A stretch of DNA of 62,886 nucleotides, filler included, from Aduncisulcus paluster (taxonomy: Eukaryota), in assembly GCA_024181965.1 (NCBI GenBank). It is 6 parts of 6 records of this genome, joined end to end, with 100 filler letters (N's around TTAATTAATTAA, not from the genome) between each part and the next. Parts side by side here need not be neighbours in the genome. Positions count along the whole stretch, not along the records: positions 30,731 to 48,911 come from BQXS01012676.1; 5 more parts are not named here. One strand, given 5' to 3'. The notes beneath the pieces are model-generated. The model saw only the letters and a program-made list of their open reading frames with translations, made no database searches and had not been told where the DNA came from. Numbering within the stretch: position 1 is the stretch's first letter; each line of letters begins with the position of its first letter. Below, one piece after another: positions 32,843-44,100 of this stretch. The position numbers and the translations under genes were made by a program.

Positions 32843-33583
32843 ATGTCAGGAATTTACGGGGCTCCTACAGCTAATTCAAATTTGCTTAATAGTAATAATA
32901 ATTTTGGAAGTGCTGGCAAGACAGATGCCCAGCTCATGTCCAGTATCGATGATTCGATGCAACAGGCCTTTTTGAGGAAGACCTTCACCCTGTTGTTTTT
33001 TTGTTTAGTCGCTACAGTGGGAATTTGTGCTTTATTCTATAGTAAGAGTGCTGTTGCGTGGGTTAATGATAATTGGTGGATCATACTCGTAGCCTCAATA
33101 TTGTTTGTGGTTTTCATGATTGCTTTGTTTATCGCTCACAAGAAACATCCGGCTAATCTCATCTGTTTGGGTGGTGTTGTCGTTTGTATGTCTATTATGC
33201 TCGGAACTTTTACTGCCTATTACAATATATCTGAAATCCTTACAGCGGCCGGAATCACACTTTCCCTTGTACTCTTCATCACAATTGTTGTTTGGGTTGT
33301 AAAATCTCCTGCTATTATCCTTGCGGCTATCATTGGAGTTTTCGTTTGTAACATGATCATTTGGTGGTGTGTCATGTTTTGGTGGATTTCCTATGACGTT
33401 ATGGCTTCTATGTACACCATTTTGGGAGCTACTATCTTTAGTCTTTACCTTCTTATCGATTTGTGGTTAGCAAAGAATGTGTTTGGTCCTGATGAAGTGG
33501 TCATTGCAGTCGCCAAGATGTATATTGACATCATTTACATTTTTATGTACATATTAGCCGCAGTCGGTGGTGGTGGAAATTAG
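32843..33583 (+). CDS. Bax inhibitor-1/TMBIM (lifeguard-like) membrane protein
   Basis: FLRKTF.LL, K.P.NL..L, about 7 TMs, YLLIDL and PDE...A...Y.DII.IF..IL. Confidence 0.9.
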   Translation: MSGIYGAPTANSNLLNSNNNFGSAGKTDAQLMSSIDDSMQQAFLRKTFTLLFFCLVATVGICALFYSKSAVAWVNDNWWIILVASILFVVFMIALFIAHKKHPANLICLGGVVVCMSIMLGTFTAYYNISEILTAAGITLSLVLFITIVVWVVKSPAIILAAIIGVFVCNMIIWWCVMFWWISYDVMASMYTILGATIFSLYLLIDLWLAKNVFGPDEVVIAVAKMYIDIIYIFMYILAAVGGGGN

Positions 33584-33902
33584 AGTGATTTCCATACTAT
33601 ACCATGGTCGGGTTTCTTGTAGTAAATTTTTGCTAGGTTCAATTTCCCTTGTCGTCCTTTCATCCTATTACATGAATCGGGGTTATTTTATATCTTGTTA
33701 ATGATCAATAAAGCGTAGAAAGTATGTTTTCCTCATATTATTTCTGGGGTCTGGTTAAGGCTTCAAATGTAACATTAAACATGTTTATTTAAGTATTCTT
33801 ATAATATTATTTCTTTTTTATACATTAGATAATGTGATTTACATCCAGATCATTATCCACCAATCGAGATAGTTCTTTTGCGAGAACGGGTGAGGTATCA
33901 AA

Positions 33903-36900
33903 ATGAAAAGTCCCCGGCATAAATTCATTAAGGAATCAATTGATCCATTAAGTGAGATATTGTTTTTTCAGGAGCGTTCTATTGTGATGGAGGCTGCAAG
34001 TTCTTTTTCATTCAATCCCCCCACGTATTTTGGAAAATCTGAGGGAACAACTTTGTCATTCTCACCATCTTCTCGTTGGAATACAATTATTAAGCATTCA
34101 AAATACTCTATTGCCTTGGCTTCTTTTTCGATTGCTCTGAGGGATCAAGTTGAGCGTGTCAGCTATTCTTCAGCTCAATGTGCATTAAAAGAGTATAAAA
34201 TAGAACATATTTCGGTTAATGACTCTCGATGTTTATCAGATAGATCAGTAATTGCCCATCAAGCATATGCCCATACTCTTAACGCTTTGTCATCATATAT
34301 GCATCCTCTCCACTCCCATCGACGGCAAAAACCAGGTGGAAACTTCTCTACGCATCTTGGCATTCTCGGGGCAATTAATCATCCTTCTTGCACCTGCACT
34401 TCATGTTGGGAAGTATGGTTTCAAAATATTTTACTTAAAACACCGCTTAAAGTATTTATCAATGGCGATATCATTGCGGCAAGCATAGTTGCCGGCTTAT
34501 CTCCATCAATATCAGATTTTCAAAAATATTCCGAATCGATTTCAAAAAAAGTTCCCAAGAAAGATTCGAAGCGAAAAACAATCACATCTTCCGAACGACA
34601 AAGTATATTGGCAGGTTATTCGTCGTGTGTATGGCGAATGAATAATAGGAATGCTTTGTCTGAACGAAATAGTCTTCGCAAATTCATAAAAAAACCATAT
34701 TTTCAACAGATCCATCAAGACTCAACCTCAAAACAACCCTCAATGCCTTCCTCTCCTTCGATTCACGATAAAACTCCTTGTGATGTTCCCTCTGTATTCC
34801 CTGATATTTTGAAACCTCTGGAGTCTCCTTCCATGTTGATTATTGGGAAAGGTGTCCATTCTCTTTGTTTTCAGAGGGTAAATCCTGATACTGATCCACA
34901 TTCAAAAGAGACGACAATTAGCACTGTCTTGCCTCCTTCATCGTGCAATAAGGAAGATCTTCCTCCTCCTCTTCCTTTTCTTTCCGACATGTCCGTTCGC
35001 TCCTCTCTTCTTTCTTTGATTTCTATCTTGACATTAGGTCAATCAAACTCTTCTCCCTCATTCAAATCTGGCATATACACTCAGCCCAGCCAACTCCGCT
35101 CCTATTTCTCTGCCCTTAGACTCCTTCAGCACTGGACTTGGGTATATTATCTAAAAGAACGGAGTTTATCCCCGGATGACACGATATCAAGGAGATCATC
35201 CGTACTTACACCTGAATATATGAAACGATACAATTGTCTTTACTATTCTATTCCCACCGCAAAAACAATGGATATTCTTGTCCAAACGGCTCCAAAGAAC
35301 ACTACTGGTTCCAAACCAACCAAACCAGATCCAAGTCCAAAGCTTTCTGCACCTTCTTCATGGACTATTACTCCAGATAAGAGAGGTCGGATGTGTGTTC
35401 AGCGTGAAGGTGCCTCTTCAAAGAGTGTTCCATCAGTCTATCGTCCTTTTCTGCCTGGGACTCCTCTGGCTCGATGTACTCCACCCACGTATACTGCTCT
35501 TCAACGTCTGCTTGTATGCATTTCATCCATGTGCGTGCGAGTCAGTCTTAAATACGACGAAGGTGCACTCGGAAACATGTATTATGTAGAAAATATATGC
35601 TCCACTTTAAACAAGATATTCACACGGTTTAGTGTTGTTCAGAATAGCAAAGGGTCGAGATCTATGGAACATTCGGCCATGGCTGGCGTTCTTTCCAGGA
35701 AATCTGAGCTTAGGGCTCAACGGCTGACCTCTAAGCAATCCTCTCATAGCCATCTTGGAAAGCGGAGAACATCTTCGAACGGCTCCTTGTCTTCACTTCC
35801 TGAGACAAAGAAGAGAAGTTCAAGCGGTAGACTGGTTGATTCCAAGGCAGAATGTATTGATGAGAAGCAAGAAAGTGGTCTGGGTGGATCAGATCTGTGT
35901 TCTTCTACCTCCTCAAAAGGGAAGGAAGCCTCAAGACCCTTCAGAACACCTCATACACATTCGGGGACCTCGTTACTACAATCGACTAATCCCCCATTAT
36001 CTTCGTTGTCCTCGTTATCTTCATCTTTTACATCTCATTCCTTCTTTAGTGGTTCAGGAGGATGTCAACGTGATGGCAGGAGGCGGAGACCATCATTTCA
36101 TGAAAGAAAGAAGAGAGAGAAAGAGGATAAGCTACGAACAGCTCTTGTGCACAAAAGTCTGCAAGCTCAGGGGGTTCAGCCTGGGTCTGGGACTGTGTCA
36201 TCATGTGGAAGTGCTCTGTGTAGCGCTGGATTTGTATCGTCTGGCTTGAGTTCGACCCTTGGCAGCGGCATTTCTTCTATCTCTCCTGCTTCATCGTTGA
36301 TATCACCTGGCTCAGCTTCTCTACATTCCGATATTTCCCATCCATCCACCATCTTTCCTTCAGTACAGCCTCATAGGACTATTCTAGGACAGGCCGATTG
36401 TATTCCTCCCCTATTTGTTCCTGGTGCCACCAGCCAACTTACCTTCTCACACCCCTTTCATCACACCGAGATATCAAGCTCCGAAGTGATTTTGTTGTGT
36501 GATCTTGGCTGGGTGTGTTGTACTGAGAATCCTTGGGACAGGTTGGTGTGTATGCTCTCAGCAATTGGTGTATGGGAAGGGATGACCGATTCATCTTCCA
36601 AAGAACATCAAGAAGAGTTTCCCATTGTCACTTACTCTTCGGATTTAGTGTCGTTGTCTTTCCTGTGTTTATTCATCTCATCGTTTCTCCCTGAATTTGA
36701 TCTGCACTCGCCATTTCAACAGGCTTCTTGTGCCCTGACTATTGCTTGGTTGATATGGGTATGTCGCATGGCAAGAGCCGAAAGTGATTTCCATGAGTCA
36801 CGAAGGGAAGGAAAACAAAGGGCCAGTCAATATGCCAGTGCATGTGAATTGGATGATTGCAAAATATCCCAACTTGTTACTGAGTTTTCGTTTGAATCTA

Positions 36901-37424
36901 TTTCCTCGATTTCGGCACGAGAACCTTCACTCTTTCGCTGCCTTCGAAGATATTCTTTTTCAACGATTAGTTCACTCCCTTTGTTATCATTGCGCACTCT
37001 CGGTCTATTTTCGTCTATTCAGCGCAATATTCAGGTTAGTGGGATGTGTGCCTACCCTGTGCTTGAGTCTTTTGGGTGGTCTGCGATGAGATGCGTGTTG
37101 TGGTATGGCGTGGATGATCTTTTGAGGATGAAACGGTTAAAAAAGATGATGAAGGATTCAAAAACATCCTTACCTTCATTCTCTCATGAAAAAATATCTT
37201 TTCGTTCTTTTCCTGTTTCCAAATCAAAGAATATGCATGGGACCTTGTCAAGAAAGGACGAATTAAAGCGAAATAAGGAGGAAATGGTCATGGATTTTGC
37301 TGAGAATTCTTTTCCTCCCACTGCTTTTGATGATGGTCTACATTATGAAGAACATCCGACATTCTCATTCGTAGTTGAGACAGGAGACGGTAGTAAGACA
37401 AAGAAAAGTGTGAAGTGGATCTGA
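33903..37424 (+). CDS. Hypothetical 1173-aa Ser-rich protein
   Basis: Uninterrupted ATG ORF. Weak VPS9-like pattern near the C-terminus (PWDRLVCM, SSDL), unconfirmed. Confidence 0.75.
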   Translation: MKSPRHKFIKESIDPLSEILFFQERSIVMEAASSFSFNPPTYFGKSEGTTLSFSPSSRWNTIIKHSKYSIALASFSIALRDQVERVSYSSAQCALKEYKIEHISVNDSRCLSDRSVIAHQAYAHTLNALSSYMHPLHSHRRQKPGGNFSTHLGILGAINHPSCTCTSCWEVWFQNILLKTPLKVFINGDIIAASIVAGLSPSISDFQKYSESISKKVPKKDSKRKTITSSERQSILAGYSSCVWRMNNRNALSERNSLRKFIKKPYFQQIHQDSTSKQPSMPSSPSIHDKTPCDVPSVFPDILKPLESPSMLIIGKGVHSLCFQRVNPDTDPHSKETTISTVLPPSSCNKEDLPPPLPFLSDMSVRSSLLSLISILTLGQSNSSPSFKSGIYTQPSQLRSYFSALRLLQHWTWVYYLKERSLSPDDTISRRSSVLTPEYMKRYNCLYYSIPTAKTMDILVQTAPKNTTGSKPTKPDPSPKLSAPSSWTITPDKRGRMCVQREGASSKSVPSVYRPFLPGTPLARCTPPTYTALQRLLVCISSMCVRVSLKYDEGALGNMYYVENICSTLNKIFTRFSVVQNSKGSRSMEHSAMAGVLSRKSELRAQRLTSKQSSHSHLGKRRTSSNGSLSSLPETKKRSSSGRLVDSKAECIDEKQESGLGGSDLCSSTSSKGKEASRPFRTPHTHSGTSLLQSTNPPLSSLSSLSSSFTSHSFFSGSGGCQRDGRRRRPSFHERKKREKEDKLRTALVHKSLQAQGVQPGSGTVSSCGSALCSAGFVSSGLSSTLGSGISSISPASSLISPGSASLHSDISHPSTIFPSVQPHRTILGQADCIPPLFVPGATSQLTFSHPFHHTEISSSEVILLCDLGWVCCTENPWDRLVCMLSAIGVWEGMTDSSSKEHQEEFPIVTYSSDLVSLSFLCLFISSFLPEFDLHSPFQQASCALTIAWLIWVCRMARAESDFHESRREGKQRASQYASACELDDCKISQLVTEFSFESISSISAREPSLFRCLRRYSFSTISSLPLLSLRTLGLFSSIQRNIQVSGMCAYPVLESFGWSAMRCVLWYGVDDLLRMKRLKKMMKDSKTSLPSFSHEKISFRSFPVSKSKNMHGTLSRKDELKRNKEEMVMDFAENSFPPTAFDDGLHYEEHPTFSFVVETGDGSKTKKSVKWI

Positions 37425-37636
37425 GCTGAGAGTTTGTCAATATGACTTTACTTATATGACGGCAAAACTCTCAATATCCTGTTTTCAACCCTGATTCCAA
37501 ATTTCGATAAATCTTTAAAAATAAATATTATTATTTTGGTTTTCTTGGTATTTCCTTTATCTTTATTCCATTTTTTTTCCCTAAATATTGCAAAAACTAA
37601 AATCAAATCGGAAAATCCACTATTGGTCACAACAAC

Positions 37637-38875
37637 ATGGGAATATTTAGTTGTTGTTCTTCAAAAGATGTTCTATCGCATGTAAAAGAAGATCTTGATG
37701 AAGAAGATGAGAATACTGAACTCAATTCGGAAATAGGAGAAAATCCACAAATTGTTGATATTTTGGGTGATTCTCTGGCCGTTGAGGCAGAATTAGAAAC
37801 AGAAAAGCATATAGAAAAAATAGAAACAGATATTAAAACCAAAGAATCGAACAATAGTACACAAGAACAAGATATTACTTCAACCTTAGTATTTCACGCT
37901 CCTGAGAGGGCAGATATTGAACCTATAAAAATTACAGATAAAAACTCAGCAAAATTAAGTCCTAAAACCTCCAAATCGCCATATCATATTGTTACTGCAA
38001 TTACTGAACCCTCTCCTTCAATTTCACCCGTTCAAACTCCTCAACATTCCCTTTCGCCACCTCTCAAATCTCGCCCCCCTCATCGCCGTCGTCTATCTCT
38101 TGTTGAAAGAGATTTAGTCAGTGGATTGACTTCCACATTCGCTGCTCGTGCTGCTGAGATGGCAGCTCCTTCCATCACAGGAGTTGGAGAGTTTTCTGAT
38201 TTATTTGATTCGCCACAGCTTCCACACTTTGAGGATATTCGAGAAGAGGAAGGTGCTGAGTTATCTCCAGTTATTCCAAAAGACACAACGTCTCAGTCTC
38301 CGATTGGTCCATGGCAGGTGAAAAAATCAGGAGAGCAAACATTGTTTGATAACAGTTCAAAACGAAAAAGTAGAATTCCAAGGGTTGGAAAGATTGATCG
38401 ACCAAATCGAAAAGAACGGTCGAAATCTCTATCAAAACCCCCTATTGGTTCATCAAGATATCGTATGACTTCTACGAGATCTGATCTAAAGGTTGAAATA
38501 GATATTGTTGGGGAAAGTGAGACTGTTGAACAAAAGAAACCAAGGTACTCTCTTCGAAGTCGTGGGTTTCTGCCTCCTTTGGTCCATTCCCCTGAAAAAC
38601 GGCGTGTATCAAGATATCAAGGTGCCAAAAGGAGTGTATCAAGCTCTAGAAATACTTCAGCGAGAGGAAGGAGGAAAACTCATGGGGATTCTTATGGAAT
38701 CGTCACAGCTGAACCTGTTTTCAATCCAGAATCAAGGCCTGAACATAGATTCCGAAGACACTCCTCCGGAATTGGGAGTGTTTCGAGGTTAACTCAGAGC
38801 TTGAGAATGAAACAAGTTCCAGTATCGCCTAAACCCTATCTACGTCGGGGGGCACGAACAAAACCGAGGTTATAG
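37637..38875 (+). CDS. Disordered protein with predicted N-terminal dual acylation (MGIFSCC)
   Basis: Gly2 plus Cys pair. Acidic N-half, Arg/Ser-rich C-half. Confidence 0.75.
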   Translation: MGIFSCCSSKDVLSHVKEDLDEEDENTELNSEIGENPQIVDILGDSLAVEAELETEKHIEKIETDIKTKESNNSTQEQDITSTLVFHAPERADIEPIKITDKNSAKLSPKTSKSPYHIVTAITEPSPSISPVQTPQHSLSPPLKSRPPHRRRLSLVERDLVSGLTSTFAARAAEMAAPSITGVGEFSDLFDSPQLPHFEDIREEEGAELSPVIPKDTTSQSPIGPWQVKKSGEQTLFDNSSKRKSRIPRVGKIDRPNRKERSKSLSKPPIGSSRYRMTSTRSDLKVEIDIVGESETVEQKKPRYSLRSRGFLPPLVHSPEKRRVSRYQGAKRSVSSSRNTSARGRRKTHGDSYGIVTAEPVFNPESRPEHRFRRHSSGIGSVSRLTQSLRMKQVPVSPKPYLRRGARTKPRL

Positions 38876-39853
38876 TGAATTTTTCATCACATTTGTATTA
38901 TTTCTATCTATTTATATTCATTCATCACGAATCTGCTCAACATATGTACTTTCTAATAAACTTGATTGCGGCAATCAGATTGCCAATCATTGATTTCAGT
39001 GAAATCGACTATGGAAATGCTCTCTCTCTCTCAGAGATGCAGGCTGCATGTGTGACCTCGGTTAGTAGCAATCATGCCGACATCCGAAACAAAAGTAAAG
39101 TATGTCACATACACAGACCGTGGTGTCAACTTGACACTGTCAAAAGAGATATAAAGTACTGACATGTACCATAAATGCTCAATTTTGAGTTGGGAGGTTC
39201 ATTAGAATGCCAACTTGGAAACATGCAGTTGTACCGCCCGAATTTCTATGATAATAGCTGAATATTTGAAGTAAAATGACTAGACTTTTGGTTAGTAGGT
39301 CAAAATAAAGAAGTTAATTTGGTATTTNNNNNNNNNNNNNNNNNNNNCGGTTAGTAGCAATCATGCCGACATCCGAAACAAAAGTAAAGTATGTCACATA
39401 CACAGACCGTGGTGTCAACTTGACACTGTCAAAAGAGATATAAAGTACTGACATGTACCATAAATGCTCAATTTTGAGTTGGGAGGTTCATTAGAATGCC
39501 AACTTGGAAACATGCAGTTGTACCGCCCGAATTTCTATGATAATAGCTGAATATTTGAAGTAAAATGACTAGACTTTTGGTTAGTAGGTCAAAATAAAGA
39601 AGTTAATTTGGTATTTATGCTATTCTAAAGTGGTTTGTTTCGAGGGTTTTGTTTTTTGTTTTTTTCGGTGGTTTATCGATTTTTCCGAGGGTAAATTTTA
39701 AAAATAAAACATTTTCAAAAATTATTCTATGTTGATGAAGAGGAAAGAGAGATATAGTATGGTTCTCTTACTCATAGTGCTTCTAAAATTAGACCTGGAC
39801 ATTGATCAGAGATTTATCCTATTCGCTCCATAGAATATTAGTCCCCGTAAAAC

Positions 39854-40666
39854 ATGCAACAGATTCAGTTGTTCATAGCCAAACTTCCTTTCAGATTTGA
39901 TTTTGGCGGTCTCCGTCAGGCTTTTGAAGAGCATGATGTGAAACTGTATGTCACAGTTCGCTTTTGGATTTTGTGAGCCTTTGTCTCCTATTTGAATCTT
40001 ATTTTAACTTTTTCTTTATTTTTCGAATAATTTTTTTTCTGTTTTTTATTCAATAGTGGTTACATCCGCGTTCCCCGCGAAAGAAGAGGTTTTGCCTTTG
40101 TTTACTACAATACCGAGGATCCCGAAGCTCTCATTGAGAAGCTTAACGGCAATGTTGAATTCTTGGGTCGTAAGCTTGTTGTTGAGCTCTCAAAGTCCAA
40201 GACCAGAGGAGAAAGACGTCCAAGGAGCCGGACTCCCAAGGAGCCAAGAGCTGAACGTGAAGGTGAAAAGAAGGAGAAAGTTGACGAGACTGAAATCCCT
40301 AGAACTCGTGCCCGTGCTCCTAGAAAGCGCAGAGAACGCCGTGTCCCCGCTACTGATCGTGAACGTTCTGAGACCAAGATTTACCTTGGAAACCTCCCTT
40401 ACACTACCACCGAAGAAGAACTTGTTGGTGAATTCAAAGAAGAATTCCCCGGAATCGCTGCTGAAATCATCACCTGGACTCGGACATCCAAATCTCGTGG
40501 TTTCGGTTTCGTTGATGTGAAGAACCTTGATGAGCAGGAGAAATTCCTTGACATGTTCTCAAAGGGTAAGCTCCAACTTCATGATCGTACCATTGCTGTC
40601 GAGAAAGCCTTCGTTCTCCCCCCCAAGGATGAGAAAAAGGAAGATGAAGAGGAGAAGAAAGAATAG
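39854..40666 (+). CDS. Two-RRM RNA-binding protein, spliced: exons 39854-39945 and 40057-40666, 233 aa
   Basis: RNP2 LFIAKLP and RNP1 RGFAFV; second RRM IYLGNLP and RGFGFV. Intron GTATGT...AATAG at 39946-40056 restores the frame. Confidence 0.9.
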
Positions 40667-41110
40667 ATAAGTGATTTGTAAAGAAGTAAATGTTTGTTCA
40701 CTGGTTGAGTGATATTTTTTTTTTTTTGGAATTTGGAATTTTTTTTTAATTTATTAGCTGCAGACCATCCTCAATTTGTTCCATGTTTTTTTATTATTTG
40801 GAGACAATGAANNNNNNNNNNNNNNNNNNNNCTTGATGAGCAGGAGAAATTCCTTGACATGTTCTCAAAGGGTAAGCTCCAACTTCATGATCGTACCATT
40901 GCTGTCGAGAAAGCCTTCGTTCTCCCCCCCAAGGATGAGAAAAAGGAAGATGAAGAGGAGAAGAAAGAATAGATAAGTGATTTGTAAAGAAGTAAATGTT
41001 TGTTCACTGGTTGAGTGATATTTTTTTTTTTGGAATTTGGAATTTTTTTTTAATTTATTAGCTGCAGACCATCCTCAATTTGTTCCATGTTTTTTTATTA
41101 TTTGGAGACA

Positions 41111-44100
41111 ATGAAGATAAAATCAGACTTTTTACAGGGAAGTTATTTTAAAAGGGAGCATATTTCTCTGGCTTTTGCAAATTTTAGAGAATATAAAAAG
41201 CTGTTGGTGCAGGAAACTGATCCTAAACGGTTTTTTGAGTTATTTAATGACTATTTTATTTATATATTAGGATCATATTTAAATAATTACGAGAAAGAAG
41301 ATATATTCAGAGAGTTTTTGGAAATATTAAATAGATTAAAAGAGATAGCCATAAAACCTTTAGAATTCCCAGAATATAACATCTCACCAATATTATTTGA
41401 TATATTTGCTTCTCCTGCTTTTTTGACAAGTTTTCAGCATTGTTCTTATCCTCAAAAATTCCGAATTTGTGAAATTATTTTTGAAATTTTTGTTGGAAAT
41501 CTGATCTCTCGGAAAGGAGCTCCTGAAGTCGAGTTATATGAGCAAAAAATTGAAAAAATATTTGTTGAAATTCTGAAGTACGATGAAGATGCTGGCTTTT
41601 CATATCTAATGCCCTTGAAATTGAAGGAATTTGGAGATTTTCTTGTGATCATTTTCGAAAATATATCCAAAGCCATCACAGATGGGAATATAACGGATTA
41701 TTTTGATAAATTAATCAAAGTCTTTGTTAATATTTACCATCATTTTTGGAGTTTTAAAGATGAATTTTTTGTTCGAATGAAGCATTGCCTTAAGAAAATT
41801 TATTCCATTATGTTGAAATTTCCGCAGTTTTGGGAATCTTGTTTTGAGACTATTTTGATGCAACTTAACAAAATACACGAAAGGAAGATGAATTTCTTTG
41901 GAAGAATTGTTCAAGCAATGAAGCATAAGCCTCGAGATACCACTGTGCTTTACGATTTAATGGAACCAATATTCCAGATTCTATACTTATTTTGTTTTTC
42001 CACGGGCAAATATAACGAACGAATTATCAGAATTCTTGGGAAAAATTTCTGGGATATCTTGTGTTCCATTGATTCTTCCTTGGAATTGCTGGACGAATCT
42101 ACCATTTTCATGATCAGAGAGATTGTTTTTCTTCTTTCCTTGCTCCCATATTCCTATCATGATGATCACTACACTATATTTGAGCTCAATGAACACTTGC
42201 ATTATAGAATTAAACAATATAATATAATTGATATCTCCAAAAAAGGAAATGTTTTGAAAACTATTAAGGGTCTATTTGACGACAATGAGAGATTAAAATT
42301 TGCTAAGAGATTAGCCGTTCGTACAAAAAAGAGTTTTGATACGACTATGTCTCTATCAACTAAAATAAGCTCCTCTTTTTCTGAAAATTCTCAAAATCAA
42401 GAATCTAAGGTTTGTGAATACCCTGATCAATGCTGGATGTTATTTTGTTCGACGATTTGTTTGCTCAGCTCGCAGAAAATACATAAATTTAAGAAAACCC
42501 CGGTGAATGGAGAGAGCTTTGAAAGAGAGAAAAAATTGTTTCTAACGATCGTTATGCCTGAAGAAAAAATGAAAAACATTGTTGAAGAAATCCAATCAAT
42601 TCGACCTGATCTTGGGAAATTGAAGTTTTGGGATTGTCAATTTGTTTTGTGGCACGCGATGCTTTCATCGGATTTCTATTTTGGGGTTGAGTTTCTCAAG
42701 AATGTAAACAAAGTATTATTATCTATCCTTAATTCTCCATTGTCGATGGTTATTATATCGTCTTGTCATCAGTTCCCATATCTTCTTGAGAAAGCTGTTT
42801 CTATGATTCAATCCCTTGACAAACGTCATGGGTCCTTGAAGGAGAAATATTGCAAATTTTACTCAAATATTCTTGGGCGGTCTAAAAATATACTTCTAAA
42901 TCGGGTTCCTTCTCTCTTTCTTCCATTCTCCCACTTTTTGGAACTGTTAAATCCGGAACCTATGTATGTCATGGATATGTTTGAGGACGTGATAAAGAGC
43001 AAAAACCTTTCGAAGCATGTTTTTCCTCTCTCTAAATTTCTTCATGCATTTATTGAGAAGTCTCACAAAAGTGATGGAATTCCCGTTGAAATGTACATCA
43101 AAATTCAGAATTATTTTGCAGAGATTATTGATTCTTTTTTGGATTCTTATGAAATATTCAAAGTATTTCATGAAGGGAGTCTGAAGGAAATTATTCAAAT
43201 TTTTAATGAGTTTGTTATTGTTCCGGTTACATGCATTAAATTGAAAGGTATCATGAACAGAAGGGGAAAAGAGGAGGTTGATGAGTGTAAATTGAGTTCT
43301 ATTCGTGCTATATCACGAATTATGCTCAAAAATATCCCCAGGAATTCTATTTTAAGAACTCTCCTCGACGTTGATATTGCTAATATTAGAAAAGTTCTTG
43401 GAATATCTGAAGTTATTGTTCATTATCAGAAGTTTTGTGAAATTGTTTTTACTTATCTTAGCAGGGAGGTTGAAAAACGTCAAAATTACAATATCATTGA
43501 AAAATCGATATTATTTGTTAAAAATATGTGTAAATTGACCGATTTACCGCTTAAAATGAATTTTATTGGCGAAGATGAAGAAGAAATGGAGAGACATGGA
43601 AGGATTCTAAAACACACCACAAAAAATCTCGTGGAATCTGGTTTGATACGGAGGACCATTAACTGTTGTTCGAAACAAAGACATTTTTACGGCGTAAAGG
43701 ATGCAGCTGACAAGGAAATGGAGAAATGTATTGATTTGCTTCAGTCTTTTTTGGTTTGTCTATCTGAATCTTTAAACGTTCAGGAGAAATGTTTCTCTTC
43801 CACTTTTGAAAGTAGCAGAATGTTCACTAAGATTTCATCTCGAACATATTCTCGGCCAAAAATTAAAGAAAAAGGAAAGTTTTTGGCCTTTGGAATCGAG
43901 TTTCCTCATAAAATTTATCTTTCTAACCCTCTTGATTTTGCTCAAGATGATTCTTTGACGCGACTGGGAAGAGGAGGATTCGGTGAAATTTTACAGTTTG
44001 TGCATAAAAATCCAAGAGAATATAAACAGTTGATGAAAAAAGAAGATGAGAAGAAATATGAAGGAAGAGTATTTTCAATGGTTTTCAAGAAACTCATATG

